DNA of 63,527 bases, the filler included, from Reclinomonas americana ATCC 50394 (taxonomy: Eukaryota): assembly GCA_048213135.1 (NCBI GenBank). It is 14 parts of 14 records of this genome, joined end to end, with 100 filler letters (N's around TTAATTAATTAA, not from the genome) between each part and the next. Parts side by side here need not be neighbours in the genome. Positions count along the whole stretch, not along the records: positions 45,256 to 49,924 come from AFZH01020646.1; positions 50,025 to 53,038 come from AFZH01020647.1; positions 53,139 to 56,418 come from AFZH01020648.1; positions 56,519 to 59,489 come from AFZH01020649.1; positions 59,590 to 63,527 come from AFZH01020651.1; 9 more parts are not named here. The stretch is one strand, 5' to 3'. The notes beneath the pieces are model-generated. The model did no database searches. It was not told where the DNA came from and was given only the letters and a program-made list of their open reading frames with translations. Below, piece by piece: positions 47,636-62,600 of the stretch (position 1 is its first letter; each line of letters opens with the position of its first letter). The position numbers and the translations under genes were made by a program.

Positions 47636-50600
47636 TCAAATGCGGGACTCATGGAGTGGAGCACGAGGAGCCTCCGGAAGCGGCGACTGCGGAGCAGCAA
47701 GTCGAACAGTGAGTGCACGCACAACTTGCCAAAAAAACATGGTTGTTTTTGTCTACCGCACGTACCAGCTGATGATTGAACGCCGATCCAGGTGCGGCAA
47801 TCGGGATTTCCGCACTGGACGGAGTCGCCGGAGACGACGGCGTGCGCGCAAGAAGCGGTCCGCTCGGTGACTGCTCTCATTGTGAGAACATGCATGGACA
47901 GAGACATAAAAGAAAACAAGCCAAGGAAGCGCAACTGTCGGTGTCGCCGGCAGCATGCCAGCCATCATCGAATCCGCCACGTCAATCATGTGCGGAGTGC
48001 GTCCGCGCGGAATGAGCGGTGCACCCGATGGTGACTGAAAGCACACCAAAACCGCGTCAGTCTACACATGAGCAGCAACAACACGCATTATTCTCTCCGC
48101 TGCAACTACTCACCATGGAGGCGTGCGACGAAGGCGACAACGCACTGGACGCGTGACGAATTGGAGTGCTCTGATGGAATGAATAAATGCACAGGTAAGT
48201 GACCAGCGTGACAGAGTCGAACGTGTGTGTGCAAAGTACGAACCGCGCCAGACGACGATGGTGAGAAGTTCACAGGCAGAGCAGTTGGCAGCGGCGGCAG
48301 AAGCGGCTGGGAAGCACACAAAGAGAGAGAGAATGAGACTCACAAATACGACACTGCATGCTGCGCAATGTGACACACACACGCATACCATATTGCGTTG
48401 CGTCGGCGAGTCGGAGCGAGATGCCGGCTCACTGGCAAACACACCACCACGCAAGCGGCGTTGCAGCGGGTTCTCCGTCTGCACCTCGGTACCGTTGTTC
48501 GACTGCATGCACACACACACGTGAATATCGATAGATGCAAGCACACTTGAGGGCACACCACTCGCTCACCATCATCTGCAACTCCGTCAAACGCAGGTGC
48601 AAGTCGTTCGGCGACACCACCCACGACTGCGGTGCCAATCGAGTGAGCGAGCGAGAAACAGACGAGGGCGCAAACACAAAGACGCAACAGCCTGCGTGGA
48701 GACCGGCGTGGCGGTGCCGGAAGACGGCGAATGCACACGCTGCACGTGGGGCATCAATGACGGTCAGCATCTTGACAACAGGATGAATTGTGCACAGGCG
48801 ACAAACCTCAGCGGCTCCCGTACGACGGCGGCGCGCAATGACCAACCAGATCAGCAGCACGGCGAGCGCCGCACCCACGGTCAAACCGACCGTCAGGCCC
48901 ACAATCAGACCGGTGCGTGAGCCAGACGACGGCGTCGAAGGAGTCGACGATGAGGCTGTGCGAGACAGACCACGCGTGAGAACACGAGCATGATTACGAA
49001 ACCAGGAACACTAAAGTACGCAACCAACAGTGAGCGCGCTGTACACGCGGTAATTGCTGGTCGACGACAAGCGCGAGCACATGGAGTAGGAGCCAGCGGC
49101 CACCGAAGACGGCACTGTCACTGACGCCGACATGGACGTGTCGCTCTCGTACGTGGTTGTGGCCGAGACACCAGCCACTGGAGTGGCGCACGACGCGTCG
49201 CTGGAAAGCATGACGGCAGCCGAGTCGGAATCAACAGGCAGAAGACCAGAGCCGGCAATGTGCAGCTGAGTGGTGGCGCCAGCTGCCACATTCGACGGCG
49301 TCACCGAGGACGGCGACACTGCACAGCAGGAATCACGAATGAGAACATCAATCAACATGGATACATACAAAGTGGGGAAAAAACATACCAACAGCAATGC
49401 GACCCACATCCGCGTACGGGCCTTGTGGTGACCAGCGCACGCAAGCACGGAAGTGACCAGAGGGCGCCGCCGATGTCGTCGACATGGTGACGAGAATGTC
49501 ACTGCACGCAGCGCAAAAAAGTCAGCACCAACAAGGGCACGCGAAAAGCAAGACACACATGAACAGAAAACGCAACTTGGATCCCACATACTGCGTGCTG
49601 AGCGAAATGCCCGGCAACGCGACAGGCGTCGAGCAATCGCGCGCGGCAATCCAAGCATACGCGTCGCTGTCGTTCGATGCAAAGCCGACGCCACGCACAG
49701 CAAGCACGGCCGATTCGGCAAGGTGAGCGCCCTGAGGTGACACGGACGACACACCGGCTGTACGACAAAAAAACGGAAATCATTGGACATTTGAGTGTGT
49801 GCACGTTCGACGAGAACAACAATTGCTGTCGGAAGACGCACCGAAGCGAATGGTAGCTGCGGTGCGGTACGGGAGAGAAGGCGACATGCGCAGGCACAGC
49901 AGGTAGATGCCGAGGTTGCTGGCANNNNNNNNNNNNNNNNNNNNNNNNNNNNNNNNNNNNNNNNNNNNTTAATTAATTAANNNNNNNNNNNNNNNNNNNN
50001 NNNNNNNNNNNNNNNNNNNNNNNNAGAGGAATCGAGCGAGAACACAATTGTGTCGCCCGACACCGACGTCAGCTGCACATTGGCTCCCGGAACGGCGGCC
50101 GGCGTGGAGTTGTCGGCCGGGGCACAGTCAGCGGACACCACAATCGGCGACGAAGCGGCGGCGGCGGCATGCACCGCGCGGTCCGCAATCGACACTGCCG
50201 GAGTCGACACATCGCTGAACGGGCGGAAGCCGCTGCCGCGCACCGTAATCGTCTCCCGGGCACCCAGCACCACAGCGGCCGGCACCATCACAGACGTGCC
50301 GGCAGCTGGGGACACAAACACAATCAAGGAACATTGTCAGAATCAGTCAAGCTAGTGTAGACGGGAGGTGGACACACCAATACTGGTCGGCATGGCAATC
50401 AGCGACACACTTGCCGCACGTGTGTACGTAGTGTCCGAGCTCCAGCGCACGCACACGTCCCACGCGCCGGCGTCCATGCTCGTCGACGAAATGTTGACGC
50501 TCATGGCGGTGGCGCTGAGGAATGTGACCGATACCGACGTGCTCAAGTGGGTGGTGGTGTCGGCGCACGAGCGGCCGACCACCATCTGCGGCGAGAGCGA

Positions 50601-53600
50601 AGATGGGAAGAACAAGCCACCGACGCGGACCACACGGTGGTGGTCGTTCTGCGGGAATGCGACCGGAGAAATGTCCGTGAAGCGAACTGTACAGGGGAGT
50701 GAGTGAGTGAGTGAGTGACTGGTTTTGATTGTGTTGCACCCTCTCCAGCAACACACACACACGCGCGCACACGCACCAATAGTTGCCGAGGCCATGGCGA
50801 CAAACGACGCCGACGACGGCCACTGGACGCAAATGTCGACCAGACCAGCTGTTGTCGACACGCCAACCGACATGCGCACACTCAGTGTGCCCCTGCAGCA
50901 AAAAGTTCCACCAAGTCAGTGAGTGAGACGAAAGATTCAACAATCAGAAAAGCAAGCGGGCAAAAACACGCAACAAATCGCTGGCCACCACAAAGGCGCG
51001 AGTGACGGAGACGGTCGGCAGTGCCGCGACACACGAGGTGCCTGCAGCACTAACGCGCACGGCCGTGTTGCTGTCAAACACATCGAAACCGGCACCAAGG
51101 AGACGCACGGTCACATCAGTGTGACCAGCGGTAATCACGGCCGGTGTCGACACACGCGAGGTCACCGCCGCGACGCTCAGAGAGCCGGCCACGTAGCGGA
51201 TGGACGTCGAAGAGAAGCGATGGCACAGGAAGTAGGGGCCAGGCGTCACTTGCGCGCCCACAGTCACCGACAGGGTCACTGTGGTGGCATTGGAGAGCGT
51301 GCTGGAAATGGTGACCTGGTCCACCGGGGACGAGCACGATGACGTGCGAGCGAGAATGTAGGCCACAGCGTCGGCCGATGCCGGGGTATCCACCAGCTGA
51401 GTGCCGGTCACGATCACCGTCTGCGACAGGGCCACCGCCGCCGACGTCACCACGCGCGGCAACACGCTGGTGACGGCCGCCACATTAAGCGAGGCGGCTG
51501 TGCTCACGTCGGCCCACGCGTCGCCACTGTAGCGCACGCACAACTTGTATGCGCCACTGACCGGCGCGGTTACGCTCAGCGACAGCTGGTAGCCCATCGA
51601 GACGCCGAGATGCGTGCTCGTCACCGACGTGCGAGACACAGCGGCCACCGTGGCCGAGCACGACGGAGCCAGCGCAAACGTGGCTCCCGACGGAACACCG
51701 CGCGCACTCAACGTAATCGAGTGCGTGGTCGTCATGCCAGCAGGAATGGCGCGTGGCAGCACCTGGTCGAAAACGGCCACATAGAGCGAGCCCACGCGAC
51801 TGTAGGTCACCGAGGCCGCCACGGCAAATCGCACACACACGTGGTACGCGCCAGGCGTCAGCGTAGCGGACGGATTGACTGCCAGTTCGACTTGAGAGTC
51901 ACTCAGGGTGGTGCTCACAATCGAGGCCGAGCTGACAATTGTCGGGGTGGCGCATGTGGCGGCCGTCGACAGCACAAAGGCACTGCCGTCAGCATCCACG
52001 TTGATAATGGCCGAGCCGCGCACGCGAATGCGCTGCACAACACCGACAGTCACAGCCGTCGGCGACACAGCGCCGAACGAGACCATGGTGAAGGCTCCAA
52101 TCTTCATGTACTGCTCCGTCTTGCGGAATCTGTAATCAACCAGAAAAATGGTGAGAAAATGTTCTTCGTAACAACAAATACGCGCATATTCTGTCTCACT
52201 CTCTCATCTCACTCTCACAGTCTAGTCTATCTATCTATCACAACACGTACTCACCGCACACACATGCTGAGCTGACGCGGCAACGCCTGTGCGCTCGCCT
52301 GCACCATCACCGACAGGGCGGTGGTGGAGGTCACCGTGGCCGAAATCGACACGCCGCTGTACACAGTCGGCGACAGGCGAGACGGAACGGTGCAGTCGAC
52401 AGCCAAAACCACCGCAGACGACTCGGAGAGGAGGGTGGGATCGGCAATCGGCAAGCCGACCGCATTCACCAGCACCGGTGTGCTCACAGTGGCGCCAACA
52501 ACGGCGGCCGACGGAGTCACACCGCCAAACGAGACCACATGCAGTGGCGACACATCGATAAAGCTGCTGCCACCCCACGCGGAGCGAGCGCACAAGCGGT
52601 ATGCACCGGCTGTGATACCCGAACTGCCGCCAAGAGTCAGCGTCAAGCCCACGGACGACGACGAAAGCACCGCCGCAGTGGTCGTGCCAATGCGAGCGGC
52701 CACCGAGCAAGTCGAGGTCGGTGTCACCATGAACGTGTCGACCGGCATCGTGTCCGGCAGGCCTTCCACAGTCACGCTCACCGCCACATCGCTAGCGGTG
52801 GAGTCGAGCGAAACAACGTAGGGCGACACTTGCGCCACACGTGCCAGCGTCAGATCACCGAGATCGTACCACGGTGCGCCAGAGACGAGAGCCGCACACA
52901 AACGGAAGCGTCCGCCCACAGGCACGGCCACAGAGAGTGGCAGCTGTGCGTTGGTCGAGGGGCCGACCACCGTAATGGAGGAACCTGCCACGCGGCCGCC
53001 AATGCTGCACGAGGCCCCAGTGGACAGCATCCAGGCCGNNNNNNNNNNNNNNNNNNNNNNNNNNNNNNNNNNNNNNNNNNNNTTAATTAATTAANNNNNN
53101 NNNNNNNNNNNNNNNNNNNNNNNNNNNNNNNNNNNNNNTGGAGGCCACGTCCACTCGAAGGCACACCGACAGAGTGCTCAGCAGCGCGCCGGGTTGTGCC
53201 GACACGGCAAAGGTCAACGCAGTCGGAGTAGCAGTGATGACGCGAGACGACACAAAGGCGGCGGCCGACGAGGAGCACGAGGTAGCCAACTTAATCGACG
53301 AAACATCCGTGGCATCCACATGGAAGCCGGCACCAATCACCGACACGGTGCTTGTGGCGCTAGTCGCCGACGTGGCATGCAGCACCGTCGGAGACAAGGA
53401 ATCCACGCGCACTGTACCCCCAAACAGAGAAGACAAGAGATGAGAAGACATGTCCAAGACACTCTCTAGGGTGGGGGGAGAAGAATAGATACTCACCAAT
53501 GCGGAAGTCAGCGACGCTCTTCCAAGTGCCATTGGCGGCCCACGAGGCGCACAAAGTGTATGTACCGGCCACCGCCGCTGACGTCGTGCTCACGCGCAGC

Positions 53601-56600
53601 GTCAGGTTGCTGGCCGAGACAGACGCCACCTGGTCCACCGAAACACCAGTGAGCGACGTGCCGTTAGCTGCCACGCAGTCCGTGGCCACGGCAAAGAGTG
53701 CTCCCGACGCCGGCAATCCAGCTCCTTCCACCGATACCACCACACTCGACGATGTGATGACGGCGCGCGGAGACACGCGCTTCACCGACACTGCACAAAC
53801 ACACCAACCAAAAAAAAGTGAGCCTTACATGCAAGCGACAAACACTGGATTATGACAACAACAACAACAACAACAAACCAATGGAGATTTGACCGATCCT
53901 GTCAAAGGTGGCCAGCGACGAGTCGTCGCCCCAGCGAGCACAAAGCGGGTACGTTCCACCGGCCACAGCACGAGCGGACACGACAGACGCATCAATGCGA
54001 GAATCGCTCACGGCCGTCACCTTGACAGTGACACCCGCCAGCGCCTGCGGAGCAGACGACAGTGGTACGCCACAGTCCGACGCCGCCACCATCAGCGAGG
54101 CCGACTGCACAAAGCCAGCGCCAGAGACCTGCAGCGCCACCGAGGAACCAGCGTGCATCGGCGACAAGGTCGGCGTGGCGGGGCTAATGAGGTGCAAGTC
54201 GTCAATGTGACGGTAGACCACGTCGCCAGAGAAGCGTGCGCACACAGCGTAGACGCCGGCTGGCGACGAAGACGACACGGTGACCGACAGCTCGACGGCG
54301 GTCGGGTGGACTCGCACGGCAACGCTGGTTCCGGAGACCGGAATCGGCGACACATCGCTCGACGACGAGTCGCAATTGCTGGTGAGCACCACAGACGAGC
54401 TCTGAGCGTCCAGCAGCGACAAACCGCGACCGTACACGTACACCGTGGAGGTCGACTGCGTAACCAGCACCGACTGCGGTGACTTGCGCTGCAGCGCCCA
54501 CGGCGACTGCAAGAGGCCGACCGACGCGCCACCACCGCTGGGCACGCCGACGCCATTCGGTGAGGTGCCCGTCACTTGCACGACGCTGATGCTGCCAATT
54601 GTGGCGTACGTCGCCGCAGTAGAGAAGCGCAAGCAGACAGAGTAGACACCGCCCACCGCGTCCGACGCCGCCGTCACCGTCAACGGAATGTTGGTGGACG
54701 ACGTGGAACCAAGAGTCACCGTCACACCAGTCACCTTGGTCGCGGTCGCGCAACTGGCCGATATAATGACGGCATCCGTGATGCCAATTGAAGGCATGGA
54801 GGCGCCGACAATCGCGCCGCTGGCAGAGGAACCGAGAGTCACCGACGACGGTGTCACCGACTGGATGGAGACCAGATTCATGGTGGGCGCCGTGCCATAA
54901 CCGTACGGGTTGCCGGCGTTGGTGTTGAAGCGGAAGCACACAAATGCGCCAGTGACCGCCGACATCGACGGCGATGCAGTCAGTGTCACCACTGCGGTCG
55001 TGGTCGTGCGTGTCGACTGCGTCACCGACGTGACAGTGGAGATAATGCTCGAACCGACGCACGTCTTTGTCGAGGTGTCGACGGCAGTGGCCAGCACCAC
55101 ATCGATTGCGGCGCGCGACAGCGCCAGGCCAGTCAGTGTCACAGTCTGCGACGAGTTGGCAATCAGAGCGGTCATGCTGAGGCCGCTAATCGTCGCAATG
55201 TCGACGGTGATGCCGATCTTGATGTTGGCGTTATTCGCCGTAATGGGACGAGCACAAATGTTGCCGGCAGCACCCAGCGACAACGCCGTGGTGTTCACCG
55301 TCAGCGTCGCCGTGTTGAAATCAATGTACGTGTACAGAATCGAGGTGGTATCCGGGGTTGTGCACGAGCCCACACTGATCATGAATGGCTGCGTCTGTCC
55401 GCCAGTCATCGGGAGAGGCTGGAAGAAGCCGGTGCCCACCATGGTGATCACCGAGCCCACAGCCGATCCAGCAATCGTGGTCGGAATCACCGAGTCCACA
55501 GCCGTGACCAAAACACCATTGGCCAACGGATCAACACGGAAGCCCGTGGTCGACGACGTCGTCGGGCGGAAGCACAGATTGACGTAGCCACCAGAGAACG
55601 GTGCCGCAGAGTTGAAGTTCACACTCAGCGTCACCGACGTGAACGTGCCAGATGCAGCACCCGTCACCGACGTCGGCATCTTGGTCGACAGCCACTGCGA
55701 GAAGGTACCGCACTGACCAGGAAGCGCAAAGCCATACAATCCGTTCACTCGCAGCAAATTGACGCCCGTAAGAGTCACCGGCTGCGCGCCAGCAGCTGTG
55801 CTGCGCGGAATAATGTACGGCAACACGCTGCTCACAGACACAGCATTGACCGTAATGGCACCGGCCGTCAGGTACGAAGCGCCGCCATCAATGCTGGCGC
55901 ACAGAGTGTAGGGAGAGGCGCCAGATGACGCAACTCCAGTGGTGTTCATGGTCAGCACATCGCTGGCGCCACCGCTCTGAATCGACTGGGTGATGCTCGA
56001 GTTTGGCACGAGCACGCCACTGAGCGGCACTGTGCATGAGGAGCCGGAAATCAAAGCCAGCGTCAACGGACTGCTCAGGTTCTGACCCGGCAGCGTAATA
56101 ATCTGGCCCGGATTGGCGGCAACAGTGGCGGTCACCGAGCCGATCGACACAATGTTGAGCGTGGCCACTTGCGTTGCCGCCATGCTTGCATCGAATGATG
56201 CGCAGAACTGCAACGCACTAGGTGTCACGCCGGTGGTGTTGGCACTGACCACTGCCTGCGTCGATGTCGACGACTGCAGCGAGGCGCTGACAGACGCGGC
56301 ACTGCAACTCGTGCCAATGCTGAACGCCAGCGACGAGCCCGAGGGGAAACCGGCGCCGGCGACCGTAAGAATCGTGCTGGCCGACGGCAACACCTGGCTC
56401 GGCGACAAGCTCGTCACCNNNNNNNNNNNNNNNNNNNNNNNNNNNNNNNNNNNNNNNNNNNNTTAATTAATTAANNNNNNNNNNNNNNNNNNNNNNNNNN
56501 NNNNNNNNNNNNNNNNNNTGGCGCAGCACTACAGTCGGTGCCGCTGGAGGCGATCTTGAAGGCAAGAGCGCCACTGGCGGTCGGCAAGTTGGCGCCCTGC

Positions 56601-59600
56601 ACTTGCAGCGATGCGGCCGCAGTAGCACCAATGGCGAAGGACACCGGCGCAATGGACGCCACATCCAGACTCGCCAAGGACACTGGAGTAGCACCGCTTG
56701 TCCATTGAGCGCAGATCGAGTAGGTGCCACCCAGCACGCCGGCGGCATTAACGTCCAGCTGCACTTGAGTCGAGGTGTACGGAACGACCGGCGTGACAGT
56801 CGCAACCGGCGGCTGATCGCACGCCGTCGCCAGGAAGAAGCTGGCGCCTGCCTGGAAACCAGAGCCAGTGACTTGCACGCGTTGGGCGTTTGCCGAGTCG
56901 ACAATTGTCGGCGACACAGAGCCGGCAGTCAGGACCGCGAGTGTGCCCACCGAGACGTACTGCGTGCTGTCGCCGTAGCGAGCGCACACGTTGAAGACGC
57001 CACCTGTCGCGCCAGTTGTCACAGTCGCGCTGAGCAGCGTTGTCGTGGACGTCACTGCCGCCACTGTCACTGACATTGCGGGGACCGGAGTGCCTGAGCA
57101 CGCCGAGCTAGCCACCACCAACGTGTTGGTCGATGGGTAGCCATCGCCGACCACACTGAGCGAGTCAGACGATTGCGCAAACACCGACGACGGAGAGAGC
57201 GAGTTGGCGCGCGGGACGTACACCGTGCCCACCGAGGCGTACGGCGACGATGGCGACCAGCGCACACACAGATTGTAAACACCCGCCTGCACGTCCTGTG
57301 ACGCGCTCGCCGTGAACGACAGCGACGACTGGACGGTGCCGGTCACGGAGACACCAGACACCGCCACCGTGCACGTCGCAGACGAGAACACCTCCAGGGC
57401 GGCCGAGTCACCGGTAATGGCGACGAAGCCAGAACCCGCAATGGTGCCAGAGCCCGGAATGCCAGGCACAAATGTCGACAGCGACACGGTCGTTGTTTGA
57501 GCCACGTTGAACTGCGGACCGTTGGCATACGTCGCAAACGACGTGGCCCACCGCACGCACAGCTTGTAGACTCCACCGACAGCACCGGCGCCGGCAGAAA
57601 CAGTCACCTGCATATGTGTCGACGACGAAGTGACACTGGTGATCGACACTTGCGCGACAGGCGAGGAGGTAGCCGACGAGCAGTCAGTCGCCAACACCAG
57701 CGACGACGGCATGGCATTGTTGGCCAGAGCCACCAACCCAAGACCCGCAGCGTCAAACGTCACATCGGTACCCGGAGACACCGCCAGCACCGACACCGAG
57801 GTAAGCGAGGCGATGTTCACGGGCGAAACGGTAGAGTAGCTTGCGGTCGACGGCCACTTGACGCACAGCTGGAACACACCAGCCGACGAGCCGTTGGTGA
57901 TATTCAGCTTCATCTGTGAGCTGGACACAAACGTGGTCGACACAGAGCTGCCGGCCAGCTTGTCGGCCAGACCATTGGCGCAAGACTGTCCGTTCACCAC
58001 AATGAAAGTGTTGGCAGAGGAGTCGACGTTGACAAGTCCAGAGCCAAACAGAGTAACCGTGGCCGTCGTCGACACCGGGACCACCGCCGGTGCAATGTGG
58101 TCGAGCACAGCAAAGCTGACGGCGCCCGCATCAATGTAATCCTGCGTGGCCGAGAAGCGCACGCAGAGGCGATAAGTGGACGACGGCGGAGACGACACGA
58201 CGCCCACAGCCACCGTCACCAAAGACGACGACACCAGCTGTGGCGTGGTCGTAAACTCGGCACCGACCACAGGCGGCTGGCAGCCACCGCTAGACAGCAC
58301 CACCGCATTGGTTCCGGTGGGGAGGCCGAGACCGGAGCCCGCGAGACTCAGCGTCTGCGTGGTTCCAACCGTGTTCGGCAGCACCAGCGGAGACACCGAT
58401 GTGATGCCAGCAATCGACAGCGGGCCCACTTCCGAGAATGGGCCGCCAGAAGCCAACTGTGCACACAGATGGTAGGAACCGAGATCCGCACCGGACGCGT
58501 CCACTGTGAGCGAGGCGCCATTCGGATCAACTGGAGTGGCCACGTGGACAGTGACGCCACTGACGGGGGTCGGCGCGCCACCAGTGCACGCCGTCGACGA
58601 CACGACAAAGCTGACTGTCGGTGGCAGATTCTGTCCCGACACCAACACCACCGTTCCGTCGGCCTGCGGCACCGCCGAGGCGTTGGCCGTGCCCAACGCA
58701 GAGACCACCAACGGAGAGCTGGAGATCTGCTGCGGCGCAGCTCCAGCACCCCATGACGCGCAGACCACGTACGATCCAGGACCAAGCGAGCTCGTGTCCA
58801 CGGACAACGGAGTTTGCGAGCTTGTGCTCACACCAGTAGGCACCAGTGCCGCCACAGGAGTGCCGGCACAAGAGCCACCAGAGGCGATGAAGAAGGTCGA
58901 GCCCGAAGTAGGCAGGCCAGCACCATTCACCACCACATTCTGCACACCGTTGCTGGCAACCAGCGCACTCGGCACGAGGCCAGTCACCTGCGCCACGTCA
59001 AGGCGGCTGTCGAGCTCCGTGTACGATGTCATATCGCCAAGGCGAGCGCACACCACGTACGAGCCGCCAGGCACACCGCTCGAGTTCACGTCCAGCGAGA
59101 TGCTGCTAGGCGCGCCAGCGAATGACGCAGTGATCGAGCTGCCAGCAACTGGCGTAGGCGGATTAGCCGCGCAAGAGGTGGCCAGCACAAACGAGCCCGA
59201 GCTCGGCAAGGCGCCGCCAGAGAGCTGCACCGTGGAGCTGGTGACACCAGAGCCAATAGACGACGGCGAGAGCGCACCCAGGGAGGCAATATTCACACTG
59301 GCCAACGTGTAGAACGGACCAGCAGCACCCAACTGCACGCACAAAGAGGCCACGGTCGGGAGCGTTGCCAGCGAGGCCGTCAACTGGTACTGCACACGAG
59401 TCGCGTCGACTGGCGAAACCGAGACTGTCACACCAGCCAGTGCGGACGACGTGGCTGCCGAGCAGTCACGAGAGACCGAGGCGGCAAACNNNNNNNNNNN
59501 NNNNNNNNNNNNNNNNNNNNNNNNNNNNNNNNNTTAATTAATTAANNNNNNNNNNNNNNNNNNNNNNNNNNNNNNNNNNNNNNNNNNNNCGAAACCGGCG

Positions 59601-62600
59601 CCGCTGACTGCCACGGCTTGCGGCACAGTTCGCGCCACCAAGGCCGGGGACACACCCGTCGCACCGACCACACTCAGTGCGCCCAGATCGGTGTAGGCGC
59701 CTGAGCCACCCTGCACCTTCCAGCACAAATGGTAGTTGCTGGCCGGAGTTGCGGTCGAGGCAATCGAGACAGAGAGCAGCAGGGTCGTCGGCAACTTGGA
59801 CGTGTCCACGGCGATCGACTGCGCCACACTCGCCGACGGCGAGGCACACGAGGCTGCGACCGCGAAATCTGCTCCAGCGGCGGACACCAGGTTGCTACCG
59901 GACACAGTCACCGGCGATGCGGCCGTGGCCGACACAGCGCGCGGTGTCACTGAAGAGATGCTGACAACCGAGATGGAACCAAGCGCGTTGACATAGTTGG
60001 CACTGCTGGACCAGCGCACGCACAGCTGGTAGGCGGAGGAGCCGGCCAGAGTGGCCGGCAGCGCGCCACTGACGCTGAACGAGGTGCTGGAGGACGACGA
60101 CACAGACAGCACAATCGCACCGGCGGGAAGCGGCGTGCTGCACGACAGCGCGAGTGCCGCGGCCGCCTGAGTGCTCGCCGACAGAACCGGCATGTTGGCG
60201 CCGGTGACCACAGCAGCGACCGATGCGCCAGCCACAAACACGTTGGGCGCAATCGAGGTCACCGAGGCCACCGAGATCGAGCCGACGCTGGTGTTGGCGT
60301 AGGCCGCGTTCCAGCGAGCGCACACAAAGTACGGCCCACCAGTGGCGGCCGAGCTGTCGGTGCGCACCGTCACATTGATTTGCGACGACGACACAAATGC
60401 CGTCGAGGTGACTTGCACGCCGGTCACCGCAGTCGGCGCCGAGCAGGCAGTCGAGCTAATCGTCACCGAGGCCGGCGACACCAAGCCCGCACCCTGCAGC
60501 GCAATCGTCTCCGTGTGACCCGTGGTCAGCGACGGCGACGAAATGCTCGACACGAGAGCCACATTCAGCTGGTCAATGTCGGTGTAGCCCGACGTCGGCG
60601 ACCACCGAACGCACATGCGCGGAGTGCCACCGTACGTGGCAGATGTGGTCACTCGCAACGTCATCTGGGTGGCGCTGTTCAGAGTGCTGGACACCGACGA
60701 GCCCGGCACCACAGTGGGCGCCAGTGACGACGGCGATGAGCACGAGGTGGCAGCCAGAATAAAGGCGCTGGCGTCGGCGGAGACGTCGACAAGCTCGGAG
60801 CCCGAGGCCACCAACGTTGCACCCGCCACGCCAGCAGGCACCACCGACGGCGTAAACGAGCGGATCACCGACTGGCACGTCAACTCCACACTCTGCCACG
60901 CCACAGTCGGCGCTGGGCCGCCGAGGGCACCCAGCTTCCAGCCGAGACTGAGCAGACCGGACGCATCAGTGTTGACCACAAACGTGTACGTGGTGAACAC
61001 GTCGCCGTTGCCGTTCGGGAAGTTGTCGCGGTTGGAGAACTTTTGCACAAAAGTCCACGTCACCACGTTCTGGTCGTAATCGACCGCCGTGTTGCTGCCG
61101 TTCTTGAACGCAAACTCGTGCCAGTACTGGTTGCTGCCGGTGTACGTCGGGCAGCGCATGCGCACAGACAGTGTGTAGCGTGCATTGGCCTCGACAGGCA
61201 CCACCACCACTCGTGCATTGGAGCCCTCTTGCGACAGCGACGCCTGCAACTGATTGTTGTTGGTGATGGCCCACGTGGCAGCCGAACCCCACGGTGCCAC
61301 CTCGGTCGAGCTCCACGTCGGCATCGTGTTCAGCGGCATCACCAAAGAACCTACAGATAACAGATGCAGTGAGTACAAGAATAAAAAAAAGAACTAATAA
61401 AAAGGGGTGGAAAACACACCTGCGCACGTCTGGCACAGCGACAGGAGCTGCCAGCCAACAGTGGGCGCTGCGCCACCGAGGGAGCCGAGTTTGAAACCGA
61501 TCGACAGCTCCGTATCGGCACCAATCTGCAACGAGGCCTGGTAGAGGACCCACTGGTTGCCGTTGCCGTTGAGGTAGCCGTCGTCACGAGAGAACTTGTT
61601 GACAAATGTCCACGCCGCCGAATTCGAGTCAAAGTCGGAGCCGTCGTGACGGCCAGCGCGGAACGCCGTCTCCTGCCACCAATTGTTGGCGGTGTAGGCC
61701 GGAGCCTGCATCTTAATCGACAGTGTGTACGTCGAGTACGGGGTGACCGACACCACCAGCACGCGGTCGGTGTCGCCCTGCTGCGACGCCGACGCCTGCA
61801 GATAGGTACCATTGGCAATGCTAAACGAAGCCGCCGATCCCCACGGCGCCACAAACTGGTACGTCCACGGCGGCATGGTGGAAAGCAGGTAGTTGACCGC
61901 ACAGTCGTTGGAGACAATGGTCAGAGTGCCGGCGAACGACGAAGCACCGCCCGTTGACCACTTGACGCAAATCTGATACGCCTGCTGCTGAATCGTCGCC
62001 GGGAAGTTGACGTCGAGCGAGTACGTCGACGCACTTCCGTACGTGGCCACAATTGATGAGCCAGTCACCGGCGGCGCGGCTGGCGAGCAGCTAGTCGACA
62101 AAATGAATGTGGCGCCGGGCACGAAGCCAGTGCCACTCAACGTGACGCCAGTCGGCGCATTGATAATAGTCGGCGAGAGGCTCCGCGGGTAGGCCACGGC
62201 CAGCGAGCCAGCACGGAAGGCCGACGACGACGAAGTGCCAAAGCGCACGCACAGCACAAAGAGGCCACCGGGTGACGACGATGCGTCGGCAACCAGCGAG
62301 GCGCCAGTTGCCGACTGCGAGCTCACGGAAAGGGTAACGCCGGTCGACGACGGACTCGGGTTGGCGCAGTCCGTGGACACGGAGAAGGTTGCATTCGACG
62401 GCAGCCCACTGGCCACCACCGACACGGTCTGCGAAGCCGCACGCGGAATGGCCGACGGCGTCACTGCCGACACGACGACCACTGCCACCGATTGTGTCGG
62501 CACAAAGGCCTGCGACGGAGCCCAGCGGACGCACAAGACGAGCGAGGCGCCAGTGGTCAACGACGAGGCATCGAGCGACAGGTGAATGGCCGAGGAGCTG

